A stretch of 64,000 nt of DNA from Eledone cirrhosa. Taxonomy: Eukaryota. The DNA lies in NCBI GenBank assembly GCA_964016885.1, contig OZ024742.1, positions 240,994,001 to 241,058,000 on the forward strand, given 5' to 3'. The position numbers and the translations under genes are program-made. Positions within the stretch are counted from its first letter, which is position 1. The number at the start of each line of letters is the position of its first letter. Below are positions 1 through 14,529 of this stretch, one piece after another. Below the pieces are notes generated by a model, which did no database searches, was not told where the DNA came from, and worked only from the letters and a program-made list of their open reading frames with translations.

Positions 1-146
1 TACGTTATCGGTTTTAAAGTAGTGACTATATCACTTACTTCTTTTCGGCGAAAGAAGGGAGAGAAACTAACAGAGCCACCCCCCACCCTGCTTCCGCCGA
101 AAATGATAGAAGCTGGATTCTTATAGAATCCCTAATAATAATCAGG

Positions 147-516
147 AACGACAGAGATGGGGGGAAGGTGAGAGGCAATGTGAAGGTGTTTTACATATAT
201 ATGTGTGTGTATATATGTATGTTTATGTATGTGTGTGTATGTGTACGTCTGCATATATGTATATGGGTAAATCTGACTGTATGTGTAGGTGACCTCATAT
301 ATGTGCATGTGCGTGTATGTGTGTATTGCCGGTACATGTGTGTGTATATATATATGTATATATATATGTGTGAGTATACGTGTGTGCGAGTGTGTATGTG
401 TATATCTTGCATACATGAGTGTGAGTCCATGTGCCCATACCCATGTGTATGTATGTGTATGTATATATGTAAAACACCTTCACATTGCCTCTCACCTTCC
501 CCCCATCTCTGTCGTT
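147..516. repeat. Fold-back inverted duplication (~54 bp arms) around a TG/TA microsatellite
   Basis: 147-200 (aacgacagagatggggggaagg...ttacatatat) is the reverse complement of 463-516. Confidence 0.85.
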
Positions 517-1149
517 TGCCACCCCCACCGATACTCCCCCCACTCTCCATATTCGTGTCCGCATGCGCGCATACACATACACGTGTGTACATATACATAT
601 TGGCTGTGTGTGAGCGTATGTCGATATGTGTGGGCAGGGATGTGCGTATGTGTTTTATGTTGTGTGTGTTTATACATATATACATATATGTGTGTGCGTA
701 TACGTATATACAAGGTATCTGTCAGACGAAGAGCGTCTAACTATGTATCTATGTAAGGACCTGACGCCACCAATACATCCACCACACCACCACAAACGCC
801 GCTACCTTAGACAATGGCACCACTACCACACCCCCACCCACACGCCAACCCGTCTACTGACAATCCACTAACCTCATACCACAGTCCATCCCACTAAATA
901 ACCTTAACCACCACCATATCATCACATCCACCCCCAGATACTCTACACGCCAAGGCCAACCCACCACCACTACACCACAGCCAACCTCATCCACAGACCA
1001 TCACCAACATCTCACCATCACACCCACCCCCATATACACTACAGGCCAGTACATCGCCTTGATCCTTCCCACCAATCAAAACAACTCATTTTGTCAAACT
1101 CTTGAAACTCTGACTTTACCACATAGCATGTATTTCATTTTCTTATAGC

Positions 1150-1291
1150 ATTTTAAGAGGGTCCGTCGAGCTGCCGATTATTGAGTCGGGTAGGATCGAT
1201 ATAGATCGAACCTTGAGCTGATCAGTGGCGAAACGCGCGTCACCTATCAATAAATGCAATGAAGGAATAATCAATCGTCCTTTTTATCCTT

Positions 1292-1324
<33 letters not shown>

Positions 1325-1440
1325 GTATACCCATGATGTTTGCTCTAATCTGAGATTAGAAGAACTGCGAAACCGGTAAAGGAACCAAATAAATATATAT
1401 ATTAAAAAAAAAAATAAGTCTCCAGTTGCATTTTCGATTT
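1150..1440 (+). mobile_element. Probable Penelope pLTR remnants with degenerate minimal hammerhead-like motifs
   Basis: CGAAACGCGCGTC (1229-1241) and CGAAACCGGTA (~1368-1378) have the palindromic stem III typical of PLE mini-HHRs. Each is followed by AATAAA and a microsatellite. The CUGANGA boxes are degenerate. Confidence 0.4.
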
Positions 1441-1451
1441 CATCTCTTTTT

Positions 1452-1508
<57 letters not shown>

Positions 1509-1512
<4 letters not shown>

Positions 1513-1870
1513 TAACAGATTAAAGTTTAAGCAAAGAATCGCTGCTTTCACCCTTAACGGAATCTTCTGAAATTAAAAAATCAATCTGTGAACGCAGAAG
1601 TAAATATTTCGAAAAACGTTGCAACCGAAGGAAGACAAGAGGACGATACTTTGGTTCGTGGAGACGTTCCCTGGCAATGAACGGAAAAAACGAAGATAAT
1701 ACGTCATTATTTGGATCGGTGAGAACAATTACACGCAAAGACAAAACCACCTTTATGGTATAAATGAAGTCGTAGACCAAAATTCTATTTAGGAAACCGA
1801 ATGATTCTCGGCTTCAGAGTTAAGAATAATGTAAATAAATTACAGAGGTTATTGAAATCAACAATAATTA
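1509..1870 (-). repeat. Dispersed repeat family, pLTR-like (CAGAAGA-stem-GAAA core)
   Basis: aataacagattaaagtttaagcaaagaatcg... recurs at ~7172-7295, ~7321-7405, ~34210-34320 and ~39425-39545. Confidence 0.65.
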
Positions 1871-2378
1871 AATATATACATGCACGCATCCATATATGTA
1901 CATACACATGCATACGCGAAAACACCCGTCATGAGTATACAAATACAGGCACGTACACAAAAACACGCACACACATATAAAAACCCGTGCAACGCCTGTA
2001 CCCGCACACATACGAACGTATACACCAAATACGCATACAATTATATAAAAACAAATATATATATGTGTGTGTGCGTGTATACATATAATTATATAAACGT
2101 ATATAAATATACACACATAAATACGTATATAACGCGCGCACACACATACCTACATGTAAATACACATATGTTCGCTAAACATACGTCAACCAAAACACAA
2201 AGTACACATATACACACACCCTACATACGTGAAAACCGGCATACACACACTAACGCAAAATACACGTATACACATAACCCTATACACATGTACCAGTATA
2301 TATAATATAATATATACCCCTATAAAAAATATATATATAAGAGAGTATTGAAGTTTGCTTGAAGCATTGTGGAATAAT

Positions 2379-5300
2379 AAGGTAAATTTCTTTAAGTCGT
2401 TTGGAAGCCTCGACAATGCAAATGGGTAAATCTCCGGGTAACAAGATCCGGTGGTGGAGAGAGAGATGTAAGTGGGTGTACGTTGAGATGCGTGGCGTGT
2501 AGAAGACTGTAGCGTGTAGACGAATGAAGGAATGAGCGTAAAGGATAAAAATAAAAATAACAACACGAGAAAGAGTTACCTTGGGAGAGATATAATTGTC
2601 CCTATATATTTCGGATTCACATCCATCAACTGGGGTTTTTTCCGGGGGTGGGTGGGGGGGTTGTCTGTCGGAAAGGTGCAAAACGTGTCCTCTTATGGAC
2701 GTGTAATTGGCGGTTGAGATGTTTCAGGATCTGTTTAATACACGTTCAGATCCTGAGACATTTCAACCGCCAATTACACGTCCATAAGCGGACACTCTCA
2801 GAGCGGACACACCGACTGTCAATAACACCCGGCAACTTGCTCCTGAAAATCACTAAAGCAATCGACCAGTGCTACCACTCCAGAGTCCAATACGAAAAAA
2901 AAAACGGATCAAGCGGAAATATAAGTGGATCTTGCGGAAATATAAGTGGATCTTGCGGAAATATAAGTGGATCTCCACAACGAGAACATCGACACTAACG
3001 AACAGACGGACCAGAACCACGTGGAAAACAACAACTTAATAACCGCCACCGCCGCATCCACCAACACCGAGCCACACCTCAACGATGCGACGCACCTGGT
3101 CACCGACCTAACCGGCACTCTCACGAGCGACGAGCTGAAACTCTTACACCTCGGACCCAAGTTCATCGTCTCACAACGACTCGACGACAGACTCAAACTC
3201 AACATCGAGGCCAACTTTTGTCGAGCCGCTTACCAACTTAAATGGGTGACCACCATCAACAGCGCCACAGAAAATAACAGCGCCCACGCAACCCACCCCA
3301 AGTTCCCCACTTACCACTCTGACAACCCACTCCATCCCCCACCACCAACCACGAACTCGACACTAAACTCATCAGGCTAAAACACTCCATCTCGGATATA
3401 CTTCACAAACACACACACACACACGTACAACACATAACCTCAGCAAATCTCAACTCACCACTCTCTCCAACATAACATCGAAGAACCTCATCTACCTCCC
3501 CTCCGACAAGGGAAAAGAATTCTGCGTCATCAGCAGAGAGGCCTACAACACCCTGGCCCTCCAACACCTTGACGATGACAACCTCTACTCCTAGGTCACG
3601 GGAATCACTCCCGCGCAGATAGAAGAGCAGCATCTGCGACCGACGGAAGCTCCCGAAGAAGCTGAGATACACCTCCTCACGAGGAACAGCAGACTACCCG
3701 CCTTCTACCACCTCGTGAAAACACACAAACAGGGACCCGACCTGAAGATCAGGCCCATTGTATCGAGCGTGGAAGGACCACTTTACAAAATTTCATGGCT
3801 CCTAGCCAGAATACTCAAACCCATCTTAGACACCTTGCCGGGACACGTTAACAGCTGCGAGGAGGTGTTGAAGCGCCTGCATCAAATGGATCCCGACACC
3901 AGAAAGAATAACAGATATGCCTTCAGCCTTGATGTAGTCGCTCTCTACACCTCGGTCCCGACACTCCCGGCCGTCAATATACTGATGGAACGCGTCCAAT
4001 CCACCGACCTACACTGCTTCGGGCTCACCACCACTGACATTCACCAACTCCTATCCATCGTCGTCGACAACACCTACTTCGGATTCCTTGACCAAACATA
4101 CCAACATCCCTCGGGACTGCCCATGGGATCAAGCCTGTCGGGTGTGCTAACGATCTCTTACATGGACAGCCTCGAGCGCAAGGCACTCAACGCCTGCCAC
4201 CCCAACGCTGTCGCCTTTTTCTCAAGGTACGTGGACGATATCCTCATCCTCACATCTTCCCAAGACATGGCGAACAGAATCTATGAGACGTTCAACAACA
4301 CGGACGAGAACATTGACTTCAGTGTTGAACACCCCAACGACGACGGGTCACTTGCCCTCCTCGACTTCCGAATCAACATCACGGAACAGGGAGGGATCCA
4401 CTGCAACTTCTACCGAAAGGCAGCCTGCAGGGACCGGTTCGTCCACTACAAGTCCGCCCTCCCTAACAGTGCCAAAAGAGGTTACATTACGAACGAGATC
4501 GCGCGAAACAAAAACAGATGCAGCGATCCCGCGAGTGGTGTCACTCATACCAAGCGATTCCTCGAGGTGCTGGAGACGAACGGATACCCTACCTCGCTCA
4601 CAGACAGAGTAGGAGACACCAGAGACAAGAGACAGAAAGGAACCCAAGGCAAGTGCTTCCTTAAAATGCCACACCTGGGCGAGAATACCACCAACGCTAT
4701 CCGCAAGGCTATACTGAGGGAGGGCCTCAACATCCACCTGGCCCACTGGGCCGCTCCCTGCGAAGATGCCTCTCCAGGAAACCCGGTAAATCAACTGACG
4801 CGTGCTCCCTCAGAGACTGCCCGATGCGCCATGCGAACTGTTGCCTACGCACATACGTCGTGTATAAGATAGAATGTAACAAGTGCAGCCAATACTATAT
4901 AGGTACACAATCCAGCCGTTGCACATCCGGATCAAGGAACACACTAAAACCAGGGCCTCGTCTTTCCGGAAACACATAACCAAATGCGGAAACAAAGACG
5001 GAAGGCCCATTGTCACAATTCTAGCGACAGAAAGAAACGTCGGCACGTTACGTATCAAGGAAGCACTTTGGATCAAACGCATAGGGCCACAATTAAACAA
5101 CCGATCCGAGAGAAGGGAAATGAGGTGGTTGGTTTAAGTTAACAAACGATGTAGCTACACACGCACACACACACACAAGCGATACAGAAACACACGCGCG
5201 CACACACACAGTAGCATTCCACCATACGAACATACTACACTGCCAATACAGAGGAACAAGGCAACAACACACGCATACACACACACACTCAAGCGAGACA

Positions 5301-5792
5301 ACAACACACGCACACACACCCATACAGTAACATTCACCAAACAGGCGGAGAATGGACTGACAGCTAGCGCCACCCCACTCCCACAATTGAAAGAACTACT
5401 TCGGCCACTGACATCTGGCTGACCGACCCCATTTCACGCGCACGCGCGCTCTGCTGAATACCTTAGATATTCAAAACAACGAACAGCGGAGGACAAGTTT
5501 CGCACCTTTCCGACAGACCCCCCCCCCGGAAAAAAAACCAGTTGATGGATGTGAATCCGAAATATACAAGGACAATTAAATCTCTCCCAAGGTAACTCTT
5601 TCTCGTGTTGTTATTTTTATTTTTATCCTTTACGCTCTTTCCTTCATTCCTCTTCACGTTACAGTCTTATACACGCCACGCATCTCAACGTACACCCACT
5701 TACATCTCTCTTTCCACCACCGGATCTTGTTACCCGGAGATTTACCCATCTGCATTGTCGAGGCTTCCAAACGACTTAAAGAAATTTACCTT
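2379..5792 (+). mobile_element. Penelope-like retroelement (RT + GIY-YIG) with inverted pLTRs
   Basis: The ~310 bp terminal repeat at 5488-5792 is present as its reverse complement at 2379-2692. There is a hairpin at 2686-2795, and PLE RT and GIY-YIG coding remnants lie inside. Confidence 0.9.
2967..5137 (+). pseudogene. Frameshifted PLE polyprotein: N-terminus, reverse transcriptase, Cys-rich linker, GIY-YIG endonuclease
   Basis: Motifs LLHLGPKF, KTHK..IRPIVS, FSLDVVALYTSVP, GLPMGS, SRYVDD, LLDFRI, FYRK; linker CSLRDCP..CC; VVYKIECNKCSQYYIGT, LHIRIKEH, IKEALWIK..P.LN. The sequence is split over several frames. Confidence 0.9.
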
Positions 5793-5794
5793 AA

Positions 5795-5869
<75 letters not shown>

Positions 5870-6060
5870 CACTATATATACATATATATATACACACACA
5901 CACCGCGTCATAATGTCGCAATGCAGACAGCCAGGCATACATACAGATATATATCTATATATAGAGGATAAAAACGTATCGTTTAAGGTAATCGATATTT
6001 ATAATCCATATTTATAATTATATATAAAACATATATAAGTGTAAATATTATTATTATGAC

Positions 6061-6092
<32 letters not shown>

Positions 6093-6748
6093 TTTATATG
6101 AGGCTTACTGACCAGGGATATGCAAACGGTTGTGATGCAGATAAATGGTACAAGCCTCAAGCCGGAGCAGTATAGAGTATTAAATAGATTGAAGGCTATA
6201 TGCAGTTGTATTCAGGTTTATTTCCATCTCTATGATACATATTTTACTGATGTTGGCGGCGAGGTGGTTTTATTTCCAACCATTCCGCTGGCCTGACCTC
6301 GTCAGATTGTATAAAAATCTTTAAACAATTTCACACAACTTAAAAAACCTTAAAAATTTAAAACAATTTCTACAAAAAATAAAAATCTCCTTTGAGATAT
6401 TATTTTCCTTTTTTGATTCAAAGGGGCCGGCAGTATTTGTTGATATTGTTTCTATCCCAGGCGGCCCTTTTATCATTCCTAGCTATGAGGCAGAAGTGTG
6501 ATTGGTCCCCTTCCCCCTCTCCTCTGTCTCACGCCACTTCCACCGGATGTCGAAAATAACAAGTCATATTTGTAGGAACCAATTCTGCAAGTAGCCTACC
6601 TCTCCTCTCTGCCAGACAGTGGTTGTTATAGTAGTATTGACAGATATCTTATCCCAACCCAGTGATCAACTTCGTCTGCAATACTACCACCCCGCCATTA
6701 AGGTTATGTTGGGGAAGACATGATCACTGCGAAAGAGGGGTTGGAATA

Positions 6749-7874
<1,126 letters not shown>

Positions 7875-8592
7875 TTATAACTAAAAACAAGAAGTAAATA
7901 TAAAATAAATTAAATTGAATGGATATAGTTAAAATAGAAAACGTTATAGCTTAACAAGAAAATAAAGTATATAAAGTAGTCATGATATAGTTAAAGTTTA
8001 ACTGGGGTAAAATGTGTTATAATGTGTGAGAGACCTTCTCCATAGTTAGGTCCCCGTTTAACTATAGTTCAATGGAGTTCATCCAGATGTCCATAGCTTT
8101 AGCCTAGGATATTCATGCACTCAATGATCTGAACGTCAGAATTTAATCTCGATATAAAGGGAATGTCCGGGTTGGGTGGTGGACAGTAGAAACATTCCCC
8201 ACAGCTTGTAGTAGACATCAGTGAGCCCCATCGATGTCTCCGAGTCAACGTGTCTAACCGATGATAAGAAACTATTAGTGAGTACTGTAAATAAGTACAT
8301 AGTTTAAGCTGAACCAGGCAAACTTAAAGTAAATATAAGTAAGTGAAACATAAAGATAAATTAAAGTAAATTAAATTAAAATAGGGTCAGAAGTGTACAT
8401 ATAATAAGTGAAACAGCATGATATAAAATATAACACTATGAGGGGTTAAAAAATATGAAAAACAAACAGTGGAACACATGTGGTCACACAAGAAGTAAAT
8501 GAAAAGGTACATATAATAGAGGCAATAAAATAGATGCAATAAAATACCATAACGTAGTCTGACATCTGCATAGGTACAAATGTGACTAAATA

Positions 8593-9160
8593 CAGGGGCT
8601 GGACAAAATAATGGAAACACCTAGCATCAGCGCATCATAATTTTGAAATATCTATAAAACCGTCAAAAGTTTGTTTATTTTTATTGTTCTCAAGGTGGTT
8701 GTTAAGCTCTGCAGTAATTTTGGGAGCTGTACTTTTGTGATCCTTTCTAACAATTCGCATAGGAGTCCGACGGTCCCTATCTGAAAATTTTGGTTTTCTT
8801 CTTGAGTTTTGTTTCGACGAGGAGGGTTTTCCCTCTTTCTCAAAGGCTGTCATTACTTTCGAGACAGTACTTCATGATACACCAAACATTTCGGCTGTTT
8901 TCGTTACGCTAGCGCCTGCCATACGAGCACCAACAATTTGACCTCTTTGAAAGTCTGATAGATCTGTCATTTTAATGAATTTTAATTACCTTTTTTTGAT
9001 GATATCTGAAAAGAAACAACAATTTTAACAAAAGTTATTCAGAAATACTAATAATAAATAAAAAAAACATAAAAATAAACAAGCTTTTGACGGTTTTATA
9101 GATATTTAAAAATTATGATGCTATGATGCTAGGTGTTTCCATTATGTTGTCCAACCCCTG
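8593..9160 (-). mobile_element. Internally deleted Tc1-like DNA transposon
   Basis: ~90 bp TIRs (caggggctggacaaaataatggaaacacc / ggtgtttccattatgttgtccaacccctg), TA on both sides, and a transposase N-terminal HTH remnant 8970->8685 (MTDLSDFQRGQIVGARMAGASVTKTAEMFGVS*STVSKV). Confidence 0.9.
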
Positions 9161-9932
9161 TATATATAGAAAATATATTGGGAAAATATACAGATAGTAA
9201 GGTAAATATACAGATAGTAAGTTAAATATATGGATGGGAATAGAGTTCATGGTGTTCGTAGAGAGAGATGTTCACTGGTTTGCCAGTTTGTGTGCAACAG
9301 GGGAAAAGGTTCTTCCAAAGGTGTTCCAATTCATATGGTTAGCCGTGGGTTAGAGTTAGGGTTAGGGTTAATGTTGTCCGTGGTCTGGGGATTATGTTAC
9401 TTTGCTTGTTCCGCCAGTCTAGAAGGATATGTTTGGTCCTCTGGTAAGCTTTGGTAGTCATATTAAAGTGGATATTTAAGCCCAGCGCTAGGGGTCTTAC
9501 AGGGGCCAGCTGGCATAGACGGCGCTAGGTAGTTTTCTTCTTACTCATTCCACTAGCCTAAGCTTCCCACATTTTCTAAGAATTTAAAAATGACCCAGAG
9601 CTGCGATAGCTTATATATAAATATATAATATTGTTTTCTTCGTGAGTTCGAGCACTGTAAAATTGAATTGAAATTTTAGGTAGACTAAATAAAAACAAAT
9701 GACTTTCGGTTAGTAGTTACAGCCACTTGATCGTTAATTCCCCCATGAAATATATGGATGCCAAAACTTTTAATTTTTATTCCTCTTATAAATCTCAAAA
9801 ATTCATGAAATAATTGTTATTTAATTGGCATGTGGCGAATCCTAAACCGATTTGTGTGGTGACAAATAATAACTTCCTTTTACATAAATTCCGACGAACA
9901 AAAGATAATTCTTATCAAATTTTAACATGGCC

Positions 9933-10053
<121 letters not shown>

Positions 10054-11028
10054 AAAAGCTATTTAGATAAAATTCATCTTAAAAGTCAACATTTATACTA
10101 AATTTTATTAAAGTAAGCATTAATCAAATCATACGTTAAAAATGAATTTTCTTTTTAAAAAGAAGAAAAAAAAAAGCAACATACTTGTCAGTTCAGTTTT
10201 GGTTTTTGTGAATATATATCTTTATAAGAAACATCAGCTGGAAGCTAAAAGAACACAATGATTGACATTTCCAATAAAATGTTGTTGATAAACAAACAAA
10301 CTAAAATATGTTGTACTAATTTTTTGTTTCTTTGTTAAATGATTGCATTTACCTATATGACATTCGTCGGATGAAGCTCTACTCCAAAATGTAGATTTAA
10401 AAAATGATGACTTCCTTATAATTTGACATCAATCAATATTTATTTCAAGGATGGGAGAAAGTGAATTGCTACATTTTTCCTAAACCGATTTATACGATTG
10501 GCGGATTGCCCCTACTAACTTCAGCGACGTGCTTCTCCAGGCTGTACCCATTAATTGTAAGGTTTAAAGCTCAACACTGCTCGTAAAACAAAAGAAATCA
10601 AAATAAAAACACTTGTTAATTTCACAGTGCTCCAGATGATTACAGGGTTAAGCTGCATTTCGGCGTAGAAACTATGTAGAATCATTTGGATTGGATCAGG
10701 AACATAGTAGTGCCCATGCTGGGATTCAAATTATTGACAAACTAACCGATAGGTCATCATTCCTTCCACTCATGCAGCTGTCAACCTACAGGGTGGTCCG
10801 AAAGTCTTGTCACTCCCTACCAAAATGTAATGAGAAACAGTTTATGTTCCCATCCCAGTATCATCCTCTTCGGAGGAGTTGGTTTGCCGAATCTTGCAGT
10901 GAAGTCATGTCGCACATCCTCTATGCTCTTACCAGAATGCACGCGATCATACACTTGCAAGCAGCCTCTCTTCCAAACTGTAGGAGCTCTGAAATAGAAA
11001 ATTATATTATTATTATTATATATTATAC

Positions 11029-11448
11029 AAAGGGCGGTGGATTGGAAGTATCGGTAGAGAGTCGGACGCCAAAGGGCGGTGGATTGGCAGTATCGGTAGA
11101 GAGTCGGACGCCAAAGGGCGGTGGATTGGCAGTATCGGTAGAGAGTCGGACGCCAAAGGGCGGTGGATTGGCAGTATCGGTAGAGGGTCGGACGCCAAAG
11201 GGCGGTGGATTGGAAGTATCGGTAGAGGGTCGGACGCCAAAGGGCGGTGGATTGGCAGTATCGGTAGAGAGTCGGACGCCAAAGGGCGGTGGATTGGCAG
11301 TATCGGTAGAGGGTCGGACGCCAAAGGGCGGTGGATTGGAAGTATCGGTAGAGAGTCGGACGCCAAAGGGCGGTGGATTGGAAGTATCGGTAGAGAGTCG
11401 GACGCCAAAGGGCGGTGGATTGGCAGTATCGGTAGAGAGTCGGACGCC
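11029..11448 (+). repeat. 42-bp minisatellite x10 derived from the SINE 5' head (A-box region)
   Basis: Unit aagggcggtggattgg(a/c)agtatcggtagag(a/g)gtcggacgcca. The last unit runs directly into the SINE body. Confidence 0.95.
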
Positions 11449-11602
11449 ATGCGTTGCAGCAAAGAGTTACGGCCCTTTATGATCTGAGTTCAAATCCCGC
11501 CGAGGTTAACTTTGCCTTTCATCCTTATGGGGTCGATAAAATAAGGTACCAGTAATACACTGGAATAATTGCTGGCCTTGTGCCAAAAGTAGAAACAATT
11601 AT
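11409..11602 (+). mobile_element. tRNA-derived SINE (octopus-type)
   Basis: A-box-like TGGCAGTATCGG, B box GAGTTCAAATCC, body ttgcctttcatcctt.ggggtcgataaaat, tail gctggccttgtgccaaaagtagaaacaatt. More than 8 copies in the window. Confidence 0.85.
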
Positions 11603-11883
11603 TATATATTATAATTAATGATACGTACATATATATATGTGTGCATGTATGTATATATATATATACTACTGTACGTCTGTATACATATGTGTATGTACGT
11701 GTACCTACTTATATATAAGTAACAGCCGTACTAAGAGTGGGAAATGAAATTTTGTTTCATTTTTTCCGTTTATCGTTTTCGGTGCACCCGGCCGATTAAC
11801 CCACTCGATATGCAAATTGGGCTACTCAGCCGTTAATATGCATAAGGTAAGTATATACGTTCAACAATCTGGCAGGAAGGTAT

Positions 11884-11926
11884 ACGTTGCTGACGATAGC
11901 TAATAAGCTTGAAACTAGTACAGCGT
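11884..11926 (+). ncRNA. Minimal type I hammerhead ribozyme
   Basis: Stem I acgttg/cagcgt, CUGACGA, stem II agct-aata-agct, GAAA, palindromic stem III actagt, GUA cleavage triplet. Confidence 0.8.
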
Positions 11927-12314
11927 TCCTTTGTCAGTGTTGAACAAACGAGCAACGATGGTTGCTAGACACTACGGCTTAATACGGGATGTTTGTTTAC
12001 AAACACACCGAGCATTATAATAAATGTTCGGTGAATCCATACGTGCACATATATATATGTGTGCATGCATGTATATATATATATACATACTTCTGTACGT
12101 CTGTATACATATATGTATGTACGTGTACATACTGATATTATATATTATACTATTAAAACAAAAAAATAATGAAAGTTAAAACATTATGTGACAAGGGGTG
12201 ACAAGACTTTCGGACCACCTTGTACAATGGTTTGAATGATTCGACAAGCCGATAGTCTTTGGGTTTAATGAAAAAAAACAACAATAAAACCAACAACAAA
12301 AAAAACAAAACGAA

Positions 12315-12575
12315 AGCAGAATCGTTAGAAGGACGTACAAAATGCCTTGTAGTATTCAGGTATTAGTCTTTCATATTCTGAGTTCAAATCTCACCATGAT
12401 TAACTTTGATTTTCTTTCATCCGAGATGTATAAAATACCACTGGAGTAATGGTGTCGATTTATGCATCTATAATTGGTTCTAATTTTGGCACAAGGCCAG
12501 CAATTATCCCTGTGCATTACTGGTACTTTATTTTATCGACCCCGTAATGATGAAAGGCAAAGTTGACCTCGGCTC
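12315..12575. mobile_element. Two partial SINE copies, tail to tail
   Basis: Diverged + copy (ctgagttcaaatctcacc...) followed by a - strand 3' half (ttttggcacaaggccagc...gttgacctcgg). Confidence 0.7.
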
Positions 12576-14529
12576 TATAATGCATCCTATATATATATAA
12601 GGAATTATATCATAACACTGAGATATGGCAGCTGCAAAACTGACGTTTGAAATATAAAGTATGCATCCATTTTCAGTGTTTAATTATGCAATTTCATTTA
12701 TTTTTTAAATTGCCTTTTAATGACTAAAATGCTGGTAATTTTGAATTTGGAAATATGTATAAACATAAATTAATAACTAAACGGGTATTCATTTGAGAAA
12801 TAAATACTTTCATTAATAAATATTTCTTTCGTCGGAAGACACATAGATACATTTGTAAAAGGAAAGTGAGGGTGTGCATCATTGGTAGATTCTATTACAA
12901 AATTCCACGTTGATACCAAACCAAATTGCAACAACGGAGAGCTTAATACTGAACGACATTCATCTTATTCTGTGCTCTATTGTTGAAACCATGCATGTTA
13001 AGATCTAATAGATATTGGTTTATTACACATGGTCAATTTTCTGCTCAAGGGAAAAATAAATCGATACTGCTACATATTTTATCGATATAATTTATCCTCA
13101 GTCTTCTTGAGATAAAAAGCCATTCTATCCCGATAAGATTCGATCTTAGAATCTAAAGCATCAGGCAGAATCATGAAAAAATAGTATAGTGATTTACTGG
13201 AATAAATATATAGAAATCGTAAATTAAAAATATGTAATAAGACGACTCCCGCCGAGCTCAACTTTGTTTTTAATGCTTCCAGGGTCAAAAAAATAAAGTA
13301 CCCGCTAAGGGTGATGGATTATCAGAATCGTTACAAAGCTGGACGAGAGGACTTACGGTATTTGTTCCTGCTCTTTGCATTCTGAGTTCATGGATTTTTA
13401 GGGTTAACTCGTCGCCCGGTTTAATACCATTATTGAGTTCTTTAAGTGGAGTTTGCTTGGTTACAAGCATTCGAATGAGATTTACGGTTTGATCGCAATT
13501 TTGCCCCACCACCACCTCAATCTCAAATGACCTGAAAACAAGATGTCATAGGCGTTGCCACACGCTCTCCGATCAAACAGTAAAAACAAAACCCTCCAGA
13601 TATTGTCAAATATCTACTTTGAAATAAAAGGGTTACACTTTCCCACCTCTGGTTAGGATGTCAATTTATCTTAGATAATCTGATGCGTGTTGCATCAATT
13701 TATATTAGATAATGGGATGTTTATTGAATGCTAGGGAAATAACGGCAATATAGAATAAAGAGGCTGACTCAGGAACTCTAAACAAAATACACCTTCGAAA
13801 GATTCGAATTTACGTCACTCACTCATTTTACTTTGAAGCCAAACCAACTGGAGACAAAAGGAGAGATAAAAGGCAAATTGGCGTCAGCAGAATTTGAATT
13901 TAGATTGTAGAGAGATAAAACAAAATATTGTAAAGTATTCAGTTTGGAGGTCAATCCTTTTTATGCATCCAACTTCTTTTTCTGGAAAATATTGATCACT
14001 TAGTTTGGCATGCTGCTTCAAATTCAAAGGGTGGCAAGACGTGTAGTCATTTTCATTGATCTTGTGTGTGACTGGCTAGTATTTCAATGATTTCTAAGTA
14101 ATGTGTGATGCGAAATTACTTCCTACAGAACTTGAACTGAGACTATGTATAGAATAAACTAAATACTATAAGATATTTAATCTGATATTCTACAGTCTAC
14201 ATTCCATTGTTTTTCTTATCTGAAACAAATAAAAATTACGTTTAAATGATGTTTTTTTCATCAGAGTCAGTCCAGGTTCGCCATGGTTTATAATTTGCGA
14301 CAAGTAATCTGTTCAAAAGAATTTATTTATTCCAGTGATGAAAATATCTTATGTTTTAGTTAACACCTCATATAAACTAATTTTGGACACAAAGTTTCAA
14401 CTCCATAATAAAAAGCAAATGGAATTATCTCCTATGTATCAATGGCCTAATATTTATAGGTGAAGAAGCATGGGTACAATCGGGAATAGAAACTCAATCG
14501 CCTTGCGGTTTACTTGGAAAGAGACGCAA

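Larger units (their letters stand above)
10789..12222. mobile_element. Tc1/mariner-type non-autonomous element with nested SINE and HHR element
   Basis: TIRs cagggtggtccgaaagtcttgtcac / gtgacaagactttcggaccaccttg, flanked by TA. Confidence 0.75.

Noticed and set aside
9346-9371. TTAGGG-like repeats
   Set aside because: Only about four degenerate units in an interstitial position, so not a telomere.
10691-11482. 263-aa ORF with a 14-aa repeat
   Set aside because: It is produced by the 42-bp SINE-head minisatellite.
11409-11500. tRNA gene
   Set aside because: A and B boxes are present but there is no cloverleaf, and it continues into a SINE body found many times in the window.
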